This document shows, piece by piece, positions 1 through 9,374 of a stretch of 64,000 bases of DNA (position 1 is the first letter of the stretch; each line of letters starts with the position of its first letter). Origin of the DNA: an uncultured Gemmatimonadaceae bacterium (lineage in GTDB: Bacteria; Gemmatimonadota; Gemmatimonadetes; Gemmatimonadales; Gemmatimonadaceae); NCBI GenBank assembly GCA_963761305.1, contig CAVXGK010000002.1, positions 160,001-224,000 on the forward strand, read 5' to 3'. A program made the translations under genes and the position numbers. Below the pieces are notes generated by a model. It was given only the letters and a program-made list of their open reading frames with translations. It was not told where the DNA came from and did no database searches.

Positions 1-2
1 CG

Positions 3-1010
3 TCCACGATCAGCTATCCGGTGAACTACATCCAGGGCCACTTCGGCCTCGGCGCGCCGTACGGATTCGACGCGCCGGCCGGCGGCCGCGGCGGCGCGGG
101 CGGACAATCATTTCGCGAGGCCTGGACGTCGGAGAATTTTCCGCGCCTCGTCGCGGTGACGTTCCAGCATCCGACGCCGTACTTCGACGACTCGTACGCC
201 GTGAACAGCGTGAACATGGGTCCGTACGGCGACGCGATCATGAACGAGCTGATTCCCGAGATCGAGAAGCGCTATCGCGTCATTAGAGAACCGTGGGCGC
301 GGTGGCTATCGGGCGGATCGACGGGCGGCTGGGAATCGCTGGCGTTACAGATCTTCCATCCCGACTTCTTCGGCGGCACGTGGTCGTCGTGCCCCGACCC
401 GGTCACGTTCACCGACGTCGAAGGCGTGAACATGTACAAGGACGCGAACGCCTTCTATAAGAACTACAGCCAGTGGCAGCTGACGCCGACGGTCAACTCG
501 CGCGAGGTGAACGGCGAGATCAGGCAGACGGCGCAGCAGCGCTACTGGATGGAGCTCGTGAACGGCACGCACGGGCGTTCCGGCACGGGCCAACAGGACA
601 TCTGGGAAGCGACGTGGGGTCCGATCGGGGCCGACGGCTTCTTCAAGCCGGCGGTCGACTCGCGCACCGGCGTGATCGACCACACGGTGACGCAGTATTG
701 GCGCGACAACTACGACCTGCTCTACTACTTGCAGCGCAACTGGAGCACGGTCGGACCCAAGCTCGTCGACAAGATCCACGTCTATGTCGGCAACATGGAC
801 AGCTTCTTCCTCGACCGCGCGACGCGCGAGCTGCAAGCGTGGATGAAGACGACGACCAACCCGCACTACGAGGGCTACTTCGTCTACGGCGACCAGAAGC
901 CGCATTGCTGGAGCGGGCCGGGAACGAGCGCCGATCGGTTGAAAGAGATGGCCGAGTACGGGCTGCGGAAGATGCCCGAGGGGACGACCGCGCCCTGGTG
1001 GAAGTACTGA
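3..1010 (+). CDS. Alpha/beta-hydrolase-fold putative esterase (5' end lies outside the window)
   Basis: Frame is open from base 3. Nucleophile motif GGSTGG (GxSxG), downstream G-x-x-D (GNMDSF) and His (KPHCW). Confidence 0.75.
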   Translation, partial: STISYPVNYIQGHFGLGAPYGFDAPAGGRGGAGGQSFREAWTSENFPRLVAVTFQHPTPYFDDSYAVNSVNMGPYGDAIMNELIPEIEKRYRVIREPWARWLSGGSTGGWESLALQIFHPDFFGGTWSSCPDPVTFTDVEGVNMYKDANAFYKNYSQWQLTPTVNSREVNGEIRQTAQQRYWMELVNGTHGRSGTGQQDIWEATWGPIGADGFFKPAVDSRTGVIDHTVTQYWRDNYDLLYYLQRNWSTVGPKLVDKIHVYVGNMDSFFLDRATRELQAWMKTTTNPHYEGYFVYGDQKPHCWSGPGTSADRLKEMAEYGLRKMPEGTTAPWWKY

Positions 1011-1156
1011 TCAACCGGTAGCCGTCGGCGCTGTACGAAGCGAAGCGCGGGCGAGAAGCAGAGGGCGGCGTCCGTACTACATGACGTTCATCGACCGCCG
1101 CTCAGAGGCCTTTGTCGCCCTTGCGCCCGCATGTGCCATCGGCGAACGTACTGAGT

Positions 1157-1181
1157 AATCCCGATGGAAACAATCGGGATT
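1157..1181. promoter_or_regulatory. Putative Rrf2-family operator
   Basis: Perfect inverted repeat AATCCCGAT-N7-ATCGGGATT about 35 nt upstream of the FTR1-Rrf2 pair. Confidence 0.6.
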
Positions 1182-1215
1182 CCTCGCGATTGAACGTCCT
1201 TCACGATTCTCCGTC

Positions 1216-2217
1216 GTGCCTACTCTTTCGGCAGCCCCTGCCGTCGCCCGTTCGACAACGACACGTCGCTCCCTGCTCGGTTGGATCGCTGTCGTCGTCG
1301 CGGCCGGGTGCATCGTCGCGGTTCTCATTTGGCAGGCGATCGCCGCCGCCGGCGCCCCCGACCCGACGGCGGCGCGAGGAAACGCCTCCGCGACGCTCGA
1401 CATCGCGGTCCTCGTGTTTCGCGAGGGGCTGGAGTGCGTGCTCGTTCTCGCGGCGATGACGGCGAGCATGCAGGATTCACAAGCCCGGCAGCGGACGCCG
1501 ATCGTCTACGGCGTGATCGCCGGCGTGATCGTCACCGCGGCGACATGGATCGCGGCCGTACACGCGATCGATGCGCTGAGCGACAACGTCTCGGCGCTGC
1601 ACGTCCAGGCGGCCACCGGATTGCTGGCGATCGTCGTGCTGCTTGTGGTGATGAACTGGTTCTTCCACCGCGTGTACTGGACCGGCTGGATCGGGCTGCA
1701 CACGCGCCGGAAGCGTGCGCTCATCGACCGATCGACCGTCGGCGCGCTGCCGAATCGAGCGCTCTGGCTGGGGCTCGCCGCGCTCGGGTTCACGTCGTTC
1801 TATCGCGAAGGGTTCGAGGTCGTGCTGTTTCTCCAGACCTACCGTCTGCGCCTCGGCTCGGGCGCCGTGCTGAATGGCGCGGCGCTCGGCGTGGCGCTCT
1901 CCGGCGCTGTGGCGCTCTTGACGTTCGCGATGCGCCGCAAGCTTCCGTATAAGAAGATGCTCGTCATCACCGGCGTGCTGCTCAGCGTCGTACTCCTGGT
2001 GATGGTCGGGGAACAGGCGCAGGAGATGCAACTCGCGCACTGGCTGCCGACCACGCCGATCCATGCGCTGGACGGCGTGGTGAAACCCTGGATGGGCACC
2101 TGGCTGTCCGTCTTCGCCACGGTCGAAACGCTGGCGGCCCAGGCGCTCGCGGCGCTGCTCGTGTTCGGCTCGTACGGGCTCGCCCGCAACCGCTCCCGCA
2201 CGACGGAGCCTCGCTAA
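1216..2217 (+). CDS. FTR1/EfeU-family iron permease
   Basis: Two RExxE motifs (FREGLE, YREGFE) and about 7-8 hydrophobic segments. Confidence 0.9.
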   Translation: MPTLSAAPAVARSTTTRRSLLGWIAVVVAAGCIVAVLIWQAIAAAGAPDPTAARGNASATLDIAVLVFREGLECVLVLAAMTASMQDSQARQRTPIVYGVIAGVIVTAATWIAAVHAIDALSDNVSALHVQAATGLLAIVVLLVVMNWFFHRVYWTGWIGLHTRRKRALIDRSTVGALPNRALWLGLAALGFTSFYREGFEVVLFLQTYRLRLGSGAVLNGAALGVALSGAVALLTFAMRRKLPYKKMLVITGVLLSVVLLVMVGEQAQEMQLAHWLPTTPIHALDGVVKPWMGTWLSVFATVETLAAQALAALLVFGSYGLARNRSRTTEPR

Positions 2218-2218
2218 C

Positions 2219-2695
2219 GTGCGAATCACCGTAGTCGCCGAGTACGGAGTCATCTGCGCGGTCCACCTCGCGCGGAATGCGGGCGCCGCGGTGTCCGTTC
2301 GCGCGCTGGCCGACGCGGAGCAACTGTCACCCGATTCGGCGGAACAGGTGCTGATGCGACTTCGGCGTGCTGGCGTCGTGCGCAGCACGCGCGGCGCGCA
2401 CGGCGGCTACGAGCTTGCGCGCCCGGCGGCGCTGATCTCGATCCGCGACATCGTCGTCGCGTCCGAGGAATCGCCGTTCGAGCTCAATTGCACGAGCCAT
2501 CCCGTGGACACGCAGCGCTGCTCACCCGATCACGCGTGCAGTATCAGACCGGTGTGGCTGCTCCTTCAGCAGAAGATCGACCACGTGCTGGCGAGCGTCT
2601 CGCTGGCGGATCTTCTGGCGCAGGAGCCGCAGGTGGGAACGTTGATCGGTCTGTCGCGTCGCTCCCGAACGCTCGAGGCTTCTCCGAGACTGTAG
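2219..2695 (+). CDS. Rrf2-family transcriptional regulator (IscR-like, Cys-containing)
   Basis: STRGAHGGYELAR wing motif and a C-x9-C-x5-C cluster. Starts 1 nt after the FTR1 stop. Confidence 0.9.
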   Translation: MRITVVAEYGVICAVHLARNAGAAVSVRALADAEQLSPDSAEQVLMRLRRAGVVRSTRGAHGGYELARPAALISIRDIVVASEESPFELNCTSHPVDTQRCSPDHACSIRPVWLLLQQKIDHVLASVSLADLLAQEPQVGTLIGLSRRSRTLEASPRL

Positions 2696-2702
2696 CTCGC
2701 GG

Positions 2703-3503
2703 TCAGAATCGGAACGCGAACGTGATCATCGGTCCCTTCATGTTCGTGTCCATCAGCAGATTGTTGTGGTCGTAGTCGATCGACAGGCTGCGATAGCCCG
2801 CGGCAAGCGTCCACCACGACACGGCGTCCCAGCCGACGGTGCCGTAGAGCTGCCACGTGTTCTTCGAGCCGCCGCCGCCGACGTCGCCACCGGCAAGTAC
2901 GCGCAGGCGTTTGCGGGGAATCCAGTCGACGCGGGCTCCCGGTGTCACGTCGATCCAGTTTCGGCCTCCGGAACGTTCGTGCGACGTTCCGTTGGGTCGA
3001 TCGACGTCGAGCGTCGCGCTCAGGTTCCAGTACCAGAAGCCCAGAAACGGTTGGACGTTCCAGGCTCCGTGATGGAACTGGTATCCGAACGTCGGATTGA
3101 GAATCGTTTCTTTCTGGCCGAGTGCGAACGAGCCCGTGTCGCCGCGAAAGGCGACCGTCGTTGCGTTGCCGACGTGCGAGTAGATGGCATCCAGGCCGAA
3201 CACGTACGACCTGTAGCGGACGTCGCCGGCAATCATCGCGCCGAACTTGAGCACGTGGACGATGTCTCTGAATGACTTGTCGACGTGCGTCTCGATGGGA
3301 CCGATGCCGACGTTCCCCGTCAGATCGGACGCCCAGAAGTAGGGAACGACCGAGAAGCGCCAACCGCTATCCGCCTGCGCCGCGCTCCGCGCGCCCGCGC
3401 CGAGCAGCAGCGCCGCGGTGATCGCCGCCCACTTCGTCGTTCGTCGAACAAACTCTCCTCGGATGCGAGCCCTGCCACGCCGAGGCCTGCTGCGCCGCGC
3501 CAC
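2703..3503 (-). CDS. Outer-membrane beta-barrel protein, function unknown
   Basis: Signal-peptide-like segment, amphipathic aromatic beta strands, C-terminal FAFRF. GGAGG lies upstream of the GTG start. Confidence 0.7.
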   Translation of the reverse strand: MARRSRPRRGRARIRGEFVRRTTKWAAITAALLLGAGARSAAQADSGWRFSVVPYFWASDLTGNVGIGPIETHVDKSFRDIVHVLKFGAMIAGDVRYRSYVFGLDAIYSHVGNATTVAFRGDTGSFALGQKETILNPTFGYQFHHGAWNVQPFLGFWYWNLSATLDVDRPNGTSHERSGGRNWIDVTPGARVDWIPRKRLRVLAGGDVGGGGSKNTWQLYGTVGWDAVSWWTLAAGYRSLSIDYDHNNLLMDTNMKGPMITFAFRF

Positions 3504-3612
3504 CGTCGTCCTCCGTCGCCTTCGTGCTTGCGCACGCTAGACGGCACGGGCGACGGTCGGCATTGGACCATGGCAAAGTACCGGTCGAGTCGGTGGGACT
3601 CGATTTGCGAGA

Positions 3613-4080
3613 TCAGGCCGGCCGGTATCCGTAGCCCCGCGCCATCGACACCGCGGCCGCGACCATCGCGACGAGCAACGCGATCTGGACGTAGCTGATC
3701 GCGCTGATTCGTCTCGCGACCGTCTCGTCCGGCTTCCACGCGGCTCCGAGGCGGCGGCCCATGCCGCGCCAGCGGATGAGCGTGATCATTGGCCAGATCT
3801 CGAGCAGGAAGATGAGGCCGAAGAGCCGCATCTTCGTGAGAAAAATGAAATCGTGTGTGTAGTAGGACGTGGTCTTCTCCGTGGCGCCGAACAGCCGCCA
3901 AAGACCCGACCCGATCCACAGCAAGGCCGCAATGCCCCACCAGGAGTCGCCGGCGAAGGCGCGCCGCACCGCGCCCATGTCGAGCGGGCGCACGCCGAGC
4001 GACCGGGCGCGCGACCACAATCCTCCGAGTCCGATGCCGAGCGCCAGGAGATGGACAACGGCGAGCGTCAGGCGAAGCAT
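3613..4080 (-). CDS. DUF2214-family membrane protein
   Basis: HLLALGIG...D-x-WWG-x-AA...GL-x-R...EK-x3-YY...F-x2-K pattern. Confidence 0.75.
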   Translation of the reverse strand: MLRLTLAVVHLLALGIGLGGLWSRARSLGVRPLDMGAVRRAFAGDSWWGIAALLWIGSGLWRLFGATEKTTSYYTHDFIFLTKMRLFGLIFLLEIWPMITLIRWRGMGRRLGAAWKPDETVARRISAISYVQIALLVAMVAAAVSMARGYGYRPA

Positions 4081-4108
4081 GTGGCGAGAGGAAAGAGAGA
4101 GGACGCCG

Positions 4109-4564
4109 TCACTTCGGCGCGAGATAGTCCTGCGCGGCCACGATCTCCCAGCCTGCCTTTCGTTTGACCCACGTGTCGGTGAATCGGTAGCGATGGGTGA
4201 ACGGTGTTCCGTGGCTCCGGCCTCCGACGATCAGCCAACCCGTGACGACGGCCGTCACCGCGCCAAACTCGTGCACTGCCATCCCTTCGTTACGCGCGGC
4301 CGTCACGGTATCCGGCCCGCTGCTGACGTCGTTCAGCACCTGCTCACGCGTCGTCAGCTTGTCGTTCTCGGTGTAGATGAATTTCGACGCGAGCAACTTG
4401 TCGAAGAGGGCGCGATCTCGCGTCACGAGACCGGCGGCCCACTGGTTCTCGAGGCGAATGAGCTCGACGGAGCCTGGTTTTTCTTCTTTGACTTTCGTTT
4501 GAGCGGAGAGCGCGGACGCGCAGAGCGCGAGAAAGAGAACCGATCGGGCGAGCGACTGGCGCAT
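4109..4564 (-). CDS. Secreted NTF2-like/DUF4440 protein
   Basis: Signal peptide after MRQSL, and YRFTDTWVKR-x2-GW-x-IVAAQ. The upstream ORF extension is only the translated tandem repeat. Confidence 0.8.
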   Translation of the reverse strand: MRQSLARSVLFLALCASALSAQTKVKEEKPGSVELIRLENQWAAGLVTRDRALFDKLLASKFIYTENDKLTTREQVLNDVSSGPDTVTAARNEGMAVHEFGAVTAVVTGWLIVGGRSHGTPFTHRYRFTDTWVKRKAGWEIVAAQDYLAPK

Positions 4565-4626
4565 GGGATGGATGTTGGAGGGTAGGCGACCGCTTGACGA
4601 TGTTGGCGCCACACCCTTGACCGCAA

Positions 4627-4722
4627 CCGTCCACCCGTCCACCCGTCCACCCGTCCACCCGTCCACCCGTCCACCCGTCCACCCGTCCACCCGTCCACCC
4701 GTCCACCCGTCCACCCGTCCAC
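4627..4722. repeat. Tandem repeat (CCGTCCAC) x12
   Basis: 12 perfect 8-bp units just downstream of the VIT1 stop codon. Confidence 0.97.
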
Positions 4723-4727
4723 CGCCG

Positions 4728-5426
4728 CTAGCCGCTTGCTCCGAACCAATGCCCGACGAGCGCCGTCACCGCGAGCGCCAGCGCGCTCCAGAACGTGACG
4801 CGGAGCGCGCCGCGCATCCGGCTCGCGCCGCCGGCTCGGGCGGCGAGCGCGCCAAGGAGGGCCAGACACACGAGCGACGCAAGCGCGACGAGCGGGATCA
4901 ACTGGGACGGCGGTGACAGCACGGCAACGACGAGCGGCAACGCGCCACCGACGGAGAACGTCGCCGCCGACGCGAGCGCGGCCTGAATTGGGTTGGCGGC
5001 GCCCGCTTCCGTGATTCCCAACTCGTCGCGCGCGTGCGTGGCGAGGATGTCGCCCTTGCTCAGTTGTTGGGCGACCCTCAGCGCGAGGTCCGGGTCCAAA
5101 CCGCGCCCGACGTAGATCTCCTGGAGCTCCCGGAGCTCCGCTTCGGGCGACTCGGCGAGCTCCCTGCGTTCGCGGACGAGATCCGCCTTCTCGGTGTCGG
5201 CCTGCGAGCTCACGGACACATACTCGCCCGCGGCCATCGACATCGCACCCGCCACGAGTCCGGCGAGCCCGGCGAGCAGCACCGCGCTGTGAGCGCTCCG
5301 CGCCGCCGCGACCCCGACGACGAGCGCCGCGGTGGACACGATGCCGTCGTCCGCTCCGAGCACCGCGGCCCGGAGCCAGCCGATGCGGTGCGTGTAGTGA
5401 GGCTCTCTGTGTGTCGCGAAGGTCAT
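4728..5426 (-). CDS. VIT1/CCC1-family iron/manganese transporter
   Basis: WLRAAVLGA-x-DGIVS, GAMSMAAGEYVSVSSQAD, H-x-RDELG motifs. Confidence 0.93.
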   Translation of the reverse strand: MTFATHREPHYTHRIGWLRAAVLGADDGIVSTAALVVGVAAARSAHSAVLLAGLAGLVAGAMSMAAGEYVSVSSQADTEKADLVRERRELAESPEAELRELQEIYVGRGLDPDLALRVAQQLSKGDILATHARDELGITEAGAANPIQAALASAATFSVGGALPLVVAVLSPPSQLIPLVALASLVCLALLGALAARAGGASRMRGALRVTFWSALALAVTALVGHWFGASG

Positions 5427-5488
5427 GTGTCTTCGGGTGTGTCTTCCGTCGCCGCGTAACTTGCGACCGCACCATCGAAGGAGAACTT

Positions 5489-5707
5489 ATGCGAATCAGC
5501 GCGCGCAATCAGCTGGCGGGAACGGTCGAGTCGATCCACGTCGGCGACGTCATGGCGGAAATCGTCGTGGGACTCAAGGGCGGCGATCGTGTCGTCTCGG
5601 CGATCACGGCCGAGTCGGCGAGACGCCTCGGACTGGCACCCGGCAAGTCCGTGACGGTCATCGTGAAATCGACCGAAGTCATTCTGGGCGTGGAGGACGT
5701 TTCGTAG
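5489..5707 (+). CDS. Stand-alone TOBE/Mop molybdate-binding protein (molbindin)
   Basis: MRISARNQL-x-G-x-V...IT-x-ES-x2-RLGL...IVKS. RBS AAGGAG. Confidence 0.88.
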   Translation: MRISARNQLAGTVESIHVGDVMAEIVVGLKGGDRVVSAITAESARRLGLAPGKSVTVIVKSTEVILGVEDVS

Positions 5708-5750
5708 CGCGATCGGGGAATCCCGCGCGGTGTGGCGGGATTCACTCGGC

Positions 5751-5996
5751 ATGAGCGCTGACGCAACTCCCGCGGACAACGAACGCGAGCAGTACGAGCG
5801 ACTCACGCGCCGCGAGCGCGACGTGCTCCGCCGAATCGCGCTCGGCTACTCGGCGACCGAGATCGGCCAGCAACTCCAGATCAGCCCGAAGACCGTCGAC
5901 ACGTACAAGCAGCGAATTCAGGAGAAGGTCGACCTCTCGCACCGCACGCAGTACGTCCAATTCGCGCTCAAGCTCGGACTGCTCGCCGTCGAGTGA
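5751..5996 (+). CDS. Stand-alone LuxR-type HTH protein
   Basis: LT-x-RE-x-DVL-x2-IA-x-GYS-x2-EI-x3-L-x-IS-x-KTV-x-TY. No receiver domain. Confidence 0.8.
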   Translation: MSADATPADNEREQYERLTRRERDVLRRIALGYSATEIGQQLQISPKTVDTYKQRIQEKVDLSHRTQYVQFALKLGLLAVE

Positions 5997-6002
5997 GCTG
6001 AG

Positions 6003-7121
6003 CTACGCCGCGACGGAGGCACGCGCGGGCATGGGCTGGAACCGGAGCGACGCCGCGATTCCGCCGAGTCCGTCCAGCAACTCGGCCGCGCTACCCGACA
6101 CCTGCTCGACGCCCGCGTCCTGGTCGAGCGCCGCGTGGACGGCCGCCTCCGCGTCGTCGGCGTGCTCGTTCAGGAATCGCGCGGTGAGATAGAGATCGCG
6201 AACGCACGCGCGGTCGAGCGCGACCTTGGTGGCGGCTCGGCCCACGGCTCCCAGTCCATGCGCTCCGGACGCATCGGCGATGGCGTGGATCCGTTCCGCG
6301 TCGGACAATTCGCGAAGCGCGGACGCGCCGGCCCGCGCGGCCTCGGCGATCTCGGCGTCGGACGCGTGCATGTCGAGCGACTCGAGCTCGCACACGCGAC
6401 TCGGTACGGCAGACGCGAGGTGCGCGTAGAGCTGCTCGCGGGTCGGGGTGATGCCGCCGGCAAGAATCCAGGCGTCGGCTCCCGCCAGATGAGTGACGCG
6501 CTCGACGACCTCGCCGAGCATCTGATCGCGGCCCGCCAACGCGGCATGCTGCGCGGCATCGCGCCCGGTCGTACCTCTCGTCCCGGGATGGAAATTCTGT
6601 CGCCCCGGACCTCCCATGTGGAGCGGCGGGTTCCCGACGCCGTGGTGCGCGTGAATCTTGTCCGCCTGCTCGACGATGCCGTTGCGATAGACGCTGATCA
6701 AGGCGTGGCGCGCGTCCGCGCTCACGACCACTACCGGACGGTCCTCCTTGATGTCGCGAAGGCACGGAGCTAGCCACGCGCCCTTGCTCCACATCGCCGA
6801 GGTCGGCGCGCCGACTGCCAGCGCGCGCGCGTCGCGAATCCCGTCGACGGTGATGAAGGCGACCCAGCCCGGCGAGCCGGCCATGGGCCCGAACGTCGCG
6901 AGAGCGTCCGCGGCCAGCGTCACGCAGCGCTCGAATTGTTCGCGTTCGTCCGCGGGCGATTCTCGGAGCTCCTCGCGCAACTTGGCCATGCGTCCGTCGA
7001 TGAGCGCACGCCACGCGTGTTGCGCGGCCGGATCCTCCGCCGAGCGGTCGACGTAGATGCTCAGGACACATTCGTCGCGAAGCGAACGATGGAGCGACAT
7101 GAGATCGGCAGAACTGAACAT
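6003..7121 (-). CDS. Bacterial archaeo-eukaryotic release-factor-like protein (baeRF, eRF1 domain 2/3-like)
   Basis: VLSIYVD N-terminus, VVV-x-AD-x2-HA, Gly-rich loop, C-terminal LGGIAASLRF. RBS GAGGA upstream of the ATG at 7121. Confidence 0.6.
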   Translation of the reverse strand: MFSSADLMSLHRSLRDECVLSIYVDRSAEDPAAQHAWRALIDGRMAKLREELRESPADEREQFERCVTLAADALATFGPMAGSPGWVAFITVDGIRDARALAVGAPTSAMWSKGAWLAPCLRDIKEDRPVVVVSADARHALISVYRNGIVEQADKIHAHHGVGNPPLHMGGPGRQNFHPGTRGTTGRDAAQHAALAGRDQMLGEVVERVTHLAGADAWILAGGITPTREQLYAHLASAVPSRVCELESLDMHASDAEIAEAARAGASALRELSDAERIHAIADASGAHGLGAVGRAATKVALDRACVRDLYLTARFLNEHADDAEAAVHAALDQDAGVEQVSGSAAELLDGLGGIAASLRFQPMPARASVAA

Positions 7122-7138
7122 GAGGTTGTCCTCTCGAT

Positions 7139-8188
7139 TCAATTTTGGATGCCGGCGACGGCGCGAGCCGGTGTTCCGAGGAACTCCAGCTCGAACGCGC
7201 GCAGCAGCTCGAAGAAGTACGCCAACGCCAGTGGACCGAGCAGCACGCCCGGAATTCCGATGTAGCGAATGCCGGCGAACGCGCCGACGAGCGTGACGAT
7301 CGGGTGGATGCGCGATACGCGGTGTGCGACGATCGGCCGGATGAAATTGTCGACGTGCGCCGAGATCACACCGCCGATGAACAGGAGCACGAGCGCCGCT
7401 CCGAAGCGGTGCGCGACGAACAACGCGATCGTGCCGGAGCCCCAGACCAGCGACGCGCCGATGATGGGCAGCACCGACACGATTCCGGTCACCGCGCCCC
7501 AGAGTACCGGATTCGGCAAGCCCGTGATGGCAAACCCCGTCCCGACGACGATGGCCTGAACGAGCGAGCCGAGTCCGATGCCGAGCAGCGTCGCCTTGGT
7601 GACGCTGCGGAACTTGAGGCGAAGCCGTTCCGTGGTGGCGCGCGAGAACGGCGAATACGCCACGAGCGATCGCCACGCCTGCTCACCGGAAACGAGCAGA
7701 TAGTAGAGTCCGAAGAACGCGATGATGAGGTTCATGGCGGCTCGCGTTGCGCTGCCGGCGATGACCATGACCTGGCGCGACCCCCACGACTGGAGCGACT
7801 TGGAAATCTCGACGAGCGTCGATCCAATCGCTACGCCGCCGACCTCGAGCGTCGAGACGCGCGCCTGCAGGTGCGACAAGTCCGAATTCACGGCGACCTT
7901 GGGGACCTCGCGAGCGAGCACCGCGCCGATGGCGGAGGCCGGCACCAGAACGAGCGCGATCGCCGTCGCGATCGTCAGTGCCGCCGCGGCACCCGGTCGG
8001 ACACGACGCGACAAGCGCCGGTAGATCGGTGCGAAGATCACGGCGAGAATCGGCGCGCCCAGCAGTCCCGGCAGGAACGGAAAGAGCGCGATGATCAACG
8101 CGAGGCCGAGTGCGGCGACGAGGATGCCCGCGAAAATGCGGTGAGTTGAGCTCCGCCGCCCGCTGCCGCTCAGTTCGGGAACCCGCAT
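7139..8188 (-). CDS. AI-2E (PerM/YdiK) family transporter
   Basis: DNFIRP, HP-x4-VG-x2-AG-x4-G-x2-G-x2-LGP, multiple TM segments. Confidence 0.88.
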   Translation of the reverse strand: MRVPELSGSGRRSSTHRIFAGILVAALGLALIIALFPFLPGLLGAPILAVIFAPIYRRLSRRVRPGAAAALTIATAIALVLVPASAIGAVLAREVPKVAVNSDLSHLQARVSTLEVGGVAIGSTLVEISKSLQSWGSRQVMVIAGSATRAAMNLIIAFFGLYYLLVSGEQAWRSLVAYSPFSRATTERLRLKFRSVTKATLLGIGLGSLVQAIVVGTGFAITGLPNPVLWGAVTGIVSVLPIIGASLVWGSGTIALFVAHRFGAALVLLFIGGVISAHVDNFIRPIVAHRVSRIHPIVTLVGAFAGIRYIGIPGVLLGPLALAYFFELLRAFELEFLGTPARAVAGIQN

Positions 8189-8260
8189 CGCTCCATCGTC
8201 CACTCCGCCGCCCGGTCGTGCGGAAAACGCGTGCACGACAACAGCCCCGTCGGCTCATCG

Positions 8261-8276
8261 AGCAAGTCGGTTGCCA
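8261..8276 (-). promoter_or_regulatory. sigma54 (-24/-12) promoter
   Basis: Minus strand reads TGGCAACCGACTTGCT, matching TGGCAC-N5-TTGCW with exact GG-N10-GC spacing, about 70 nt upstream of the AI-2E gene. Confidence 0.7.
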
Positions 8277-8339
8277 TGCGACACCGGCCATGTGGCGGAC
8301 GCCATGGCGCATCCCGTGAGAAGCGCCCAGTGTATCAGC

Positions 8340-9374
8340 ATGCGCGCGATTCTCCTTCGCCGTCCGGCGCGAAACGCCGGCGATCCGTTGCCGCTCGAGC
8401 CCGCGATCGTGCCGCGGCCGTCGATCGGCGACGAGGACGTGCTCATCCGCGTGTCGGCGTGCGCGGTGTGTCGCACCGACCTCGACATCGCGGAGGGACG
8501 CGTCGCCGCGTCGCACTATCCGGTCGTGCCCGGCCATCAGGTCGTGGGTGAGATCGAAGCGGTCGGCGCTCGCGTTCGCGACCGACGGGAAGGAGATCGC
8601 GTCGGCGTCGCCTGGATCCGCTGGGCGTGCGGCGAATGCCGCTGGTGCCTCGCCGGCGAAGAAAACCTCTGCCCGCGATTCCAATCGAACGGATGCGACG
8701 GCGACGGCGGCTACGCCGAGTACGTATCGGTGCCGGCGGCGTTCACGATTCCGATTCCCGGCGCGCTCGACGATGTCCACGCCGCGCCGCTGCTCTGCGC
8801 CGGCGCCATCGGCTGGCGCTCACTTCGGCTCGCCGACGTCCGCGATGGCGAGCCGCTCGGGCTCACCGGATTCGGCGCATCGGCGCATCTCGTACTCCCG
8901 TTTGCGCGGCATCGACATCCCAATTCGCCAATCTACGTCTTCGCACGCAGCGACGAAGAGCGCACGTTCGCCCGCGAGCTCGGCGCGACGTGGGCGGGCG
9001 ATGCCGCCGATCAGCCGCCCGAACCGCTCGCGGCGATCATCGACACGACGCCGGCCTGGAAGCCGGTCGTCGAGGCGCTGCCGAAATTGATGCCCGGCGG
9101 ACGGCTCGTGATCAACGCCATCAGAAAGAACGACGCCGATCGCGCCGAGCTGCTGCGATTGAACTACGCCACGGATCTGTGGATGGAACGCGAGATCAAG
9201 AGCGTCGCCAACGTCACGCGCCGCGACGTTCGCGAAGTGCTCGACGCGGCGGTCGCGCTACGGCTCGAGCCGACGATCGAGACGATTCCGCTGGCCGACG
9301 CGGGATCCGCGCTGGCGAAAATGCGCGCCGGCGGCGCGATCCGCGGCGCGACCGTGCTCAACGTGCGCGACTGA
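8340..9374 (+). CDS. Zinc-binding alcohol dehydrogenase (AdhP-like)
   Basis: VCRTD, PGHQVVG, C-x2-C-x2-C-x7-C structural zinc site, APLLCAG, GFGASA. Confidence 0.92.
   Translation: MRAILLRRPARNAGDPLPLEPAIVPRPSIGDEDVLIRVSACAVCRTDLDIAEGRVAASHYPVVPGHQVVGEIEAVGARVRDRREGDRVGVAWIRWACGECRWCLAGEENLCPRFQSNGCDGDGGYAEYVSVPAAFTIPIPGALDDVHAAPLLCAGAIGWRSLRLADVRDGEPLGLTGFGASAHLVLPFARHRHPNSPIYVFARSDEERTFARELGATWAGDAADQPPEPLAAIIDTTPAWKPVVEALPKLMPGGRLVINAIRKNDADRAELLRLNYATDLWMEREIKSVANVTRRDVREVLDAAVALRLEPTIETIPLADAGSALAKMRAGGAIRGATVLNVRD

Noticed and set aside
4565..4714. GWTGGRVD-repeat N-terminal extension or repeat proteins in the ORF track
   Set aside because: It is the translation of the 8-bp DNA repeat in several frames; the real signal peptide starts at 4564.
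5718..5743. GAATCCCGC-N8-GCGGGATTC as a second Rrf2 operator
   Set aside because: Arms resemble 1157-1181 but spacing differs by one base and the core is GC-rich; more simply an RNA hairpin after the TOBE gene.
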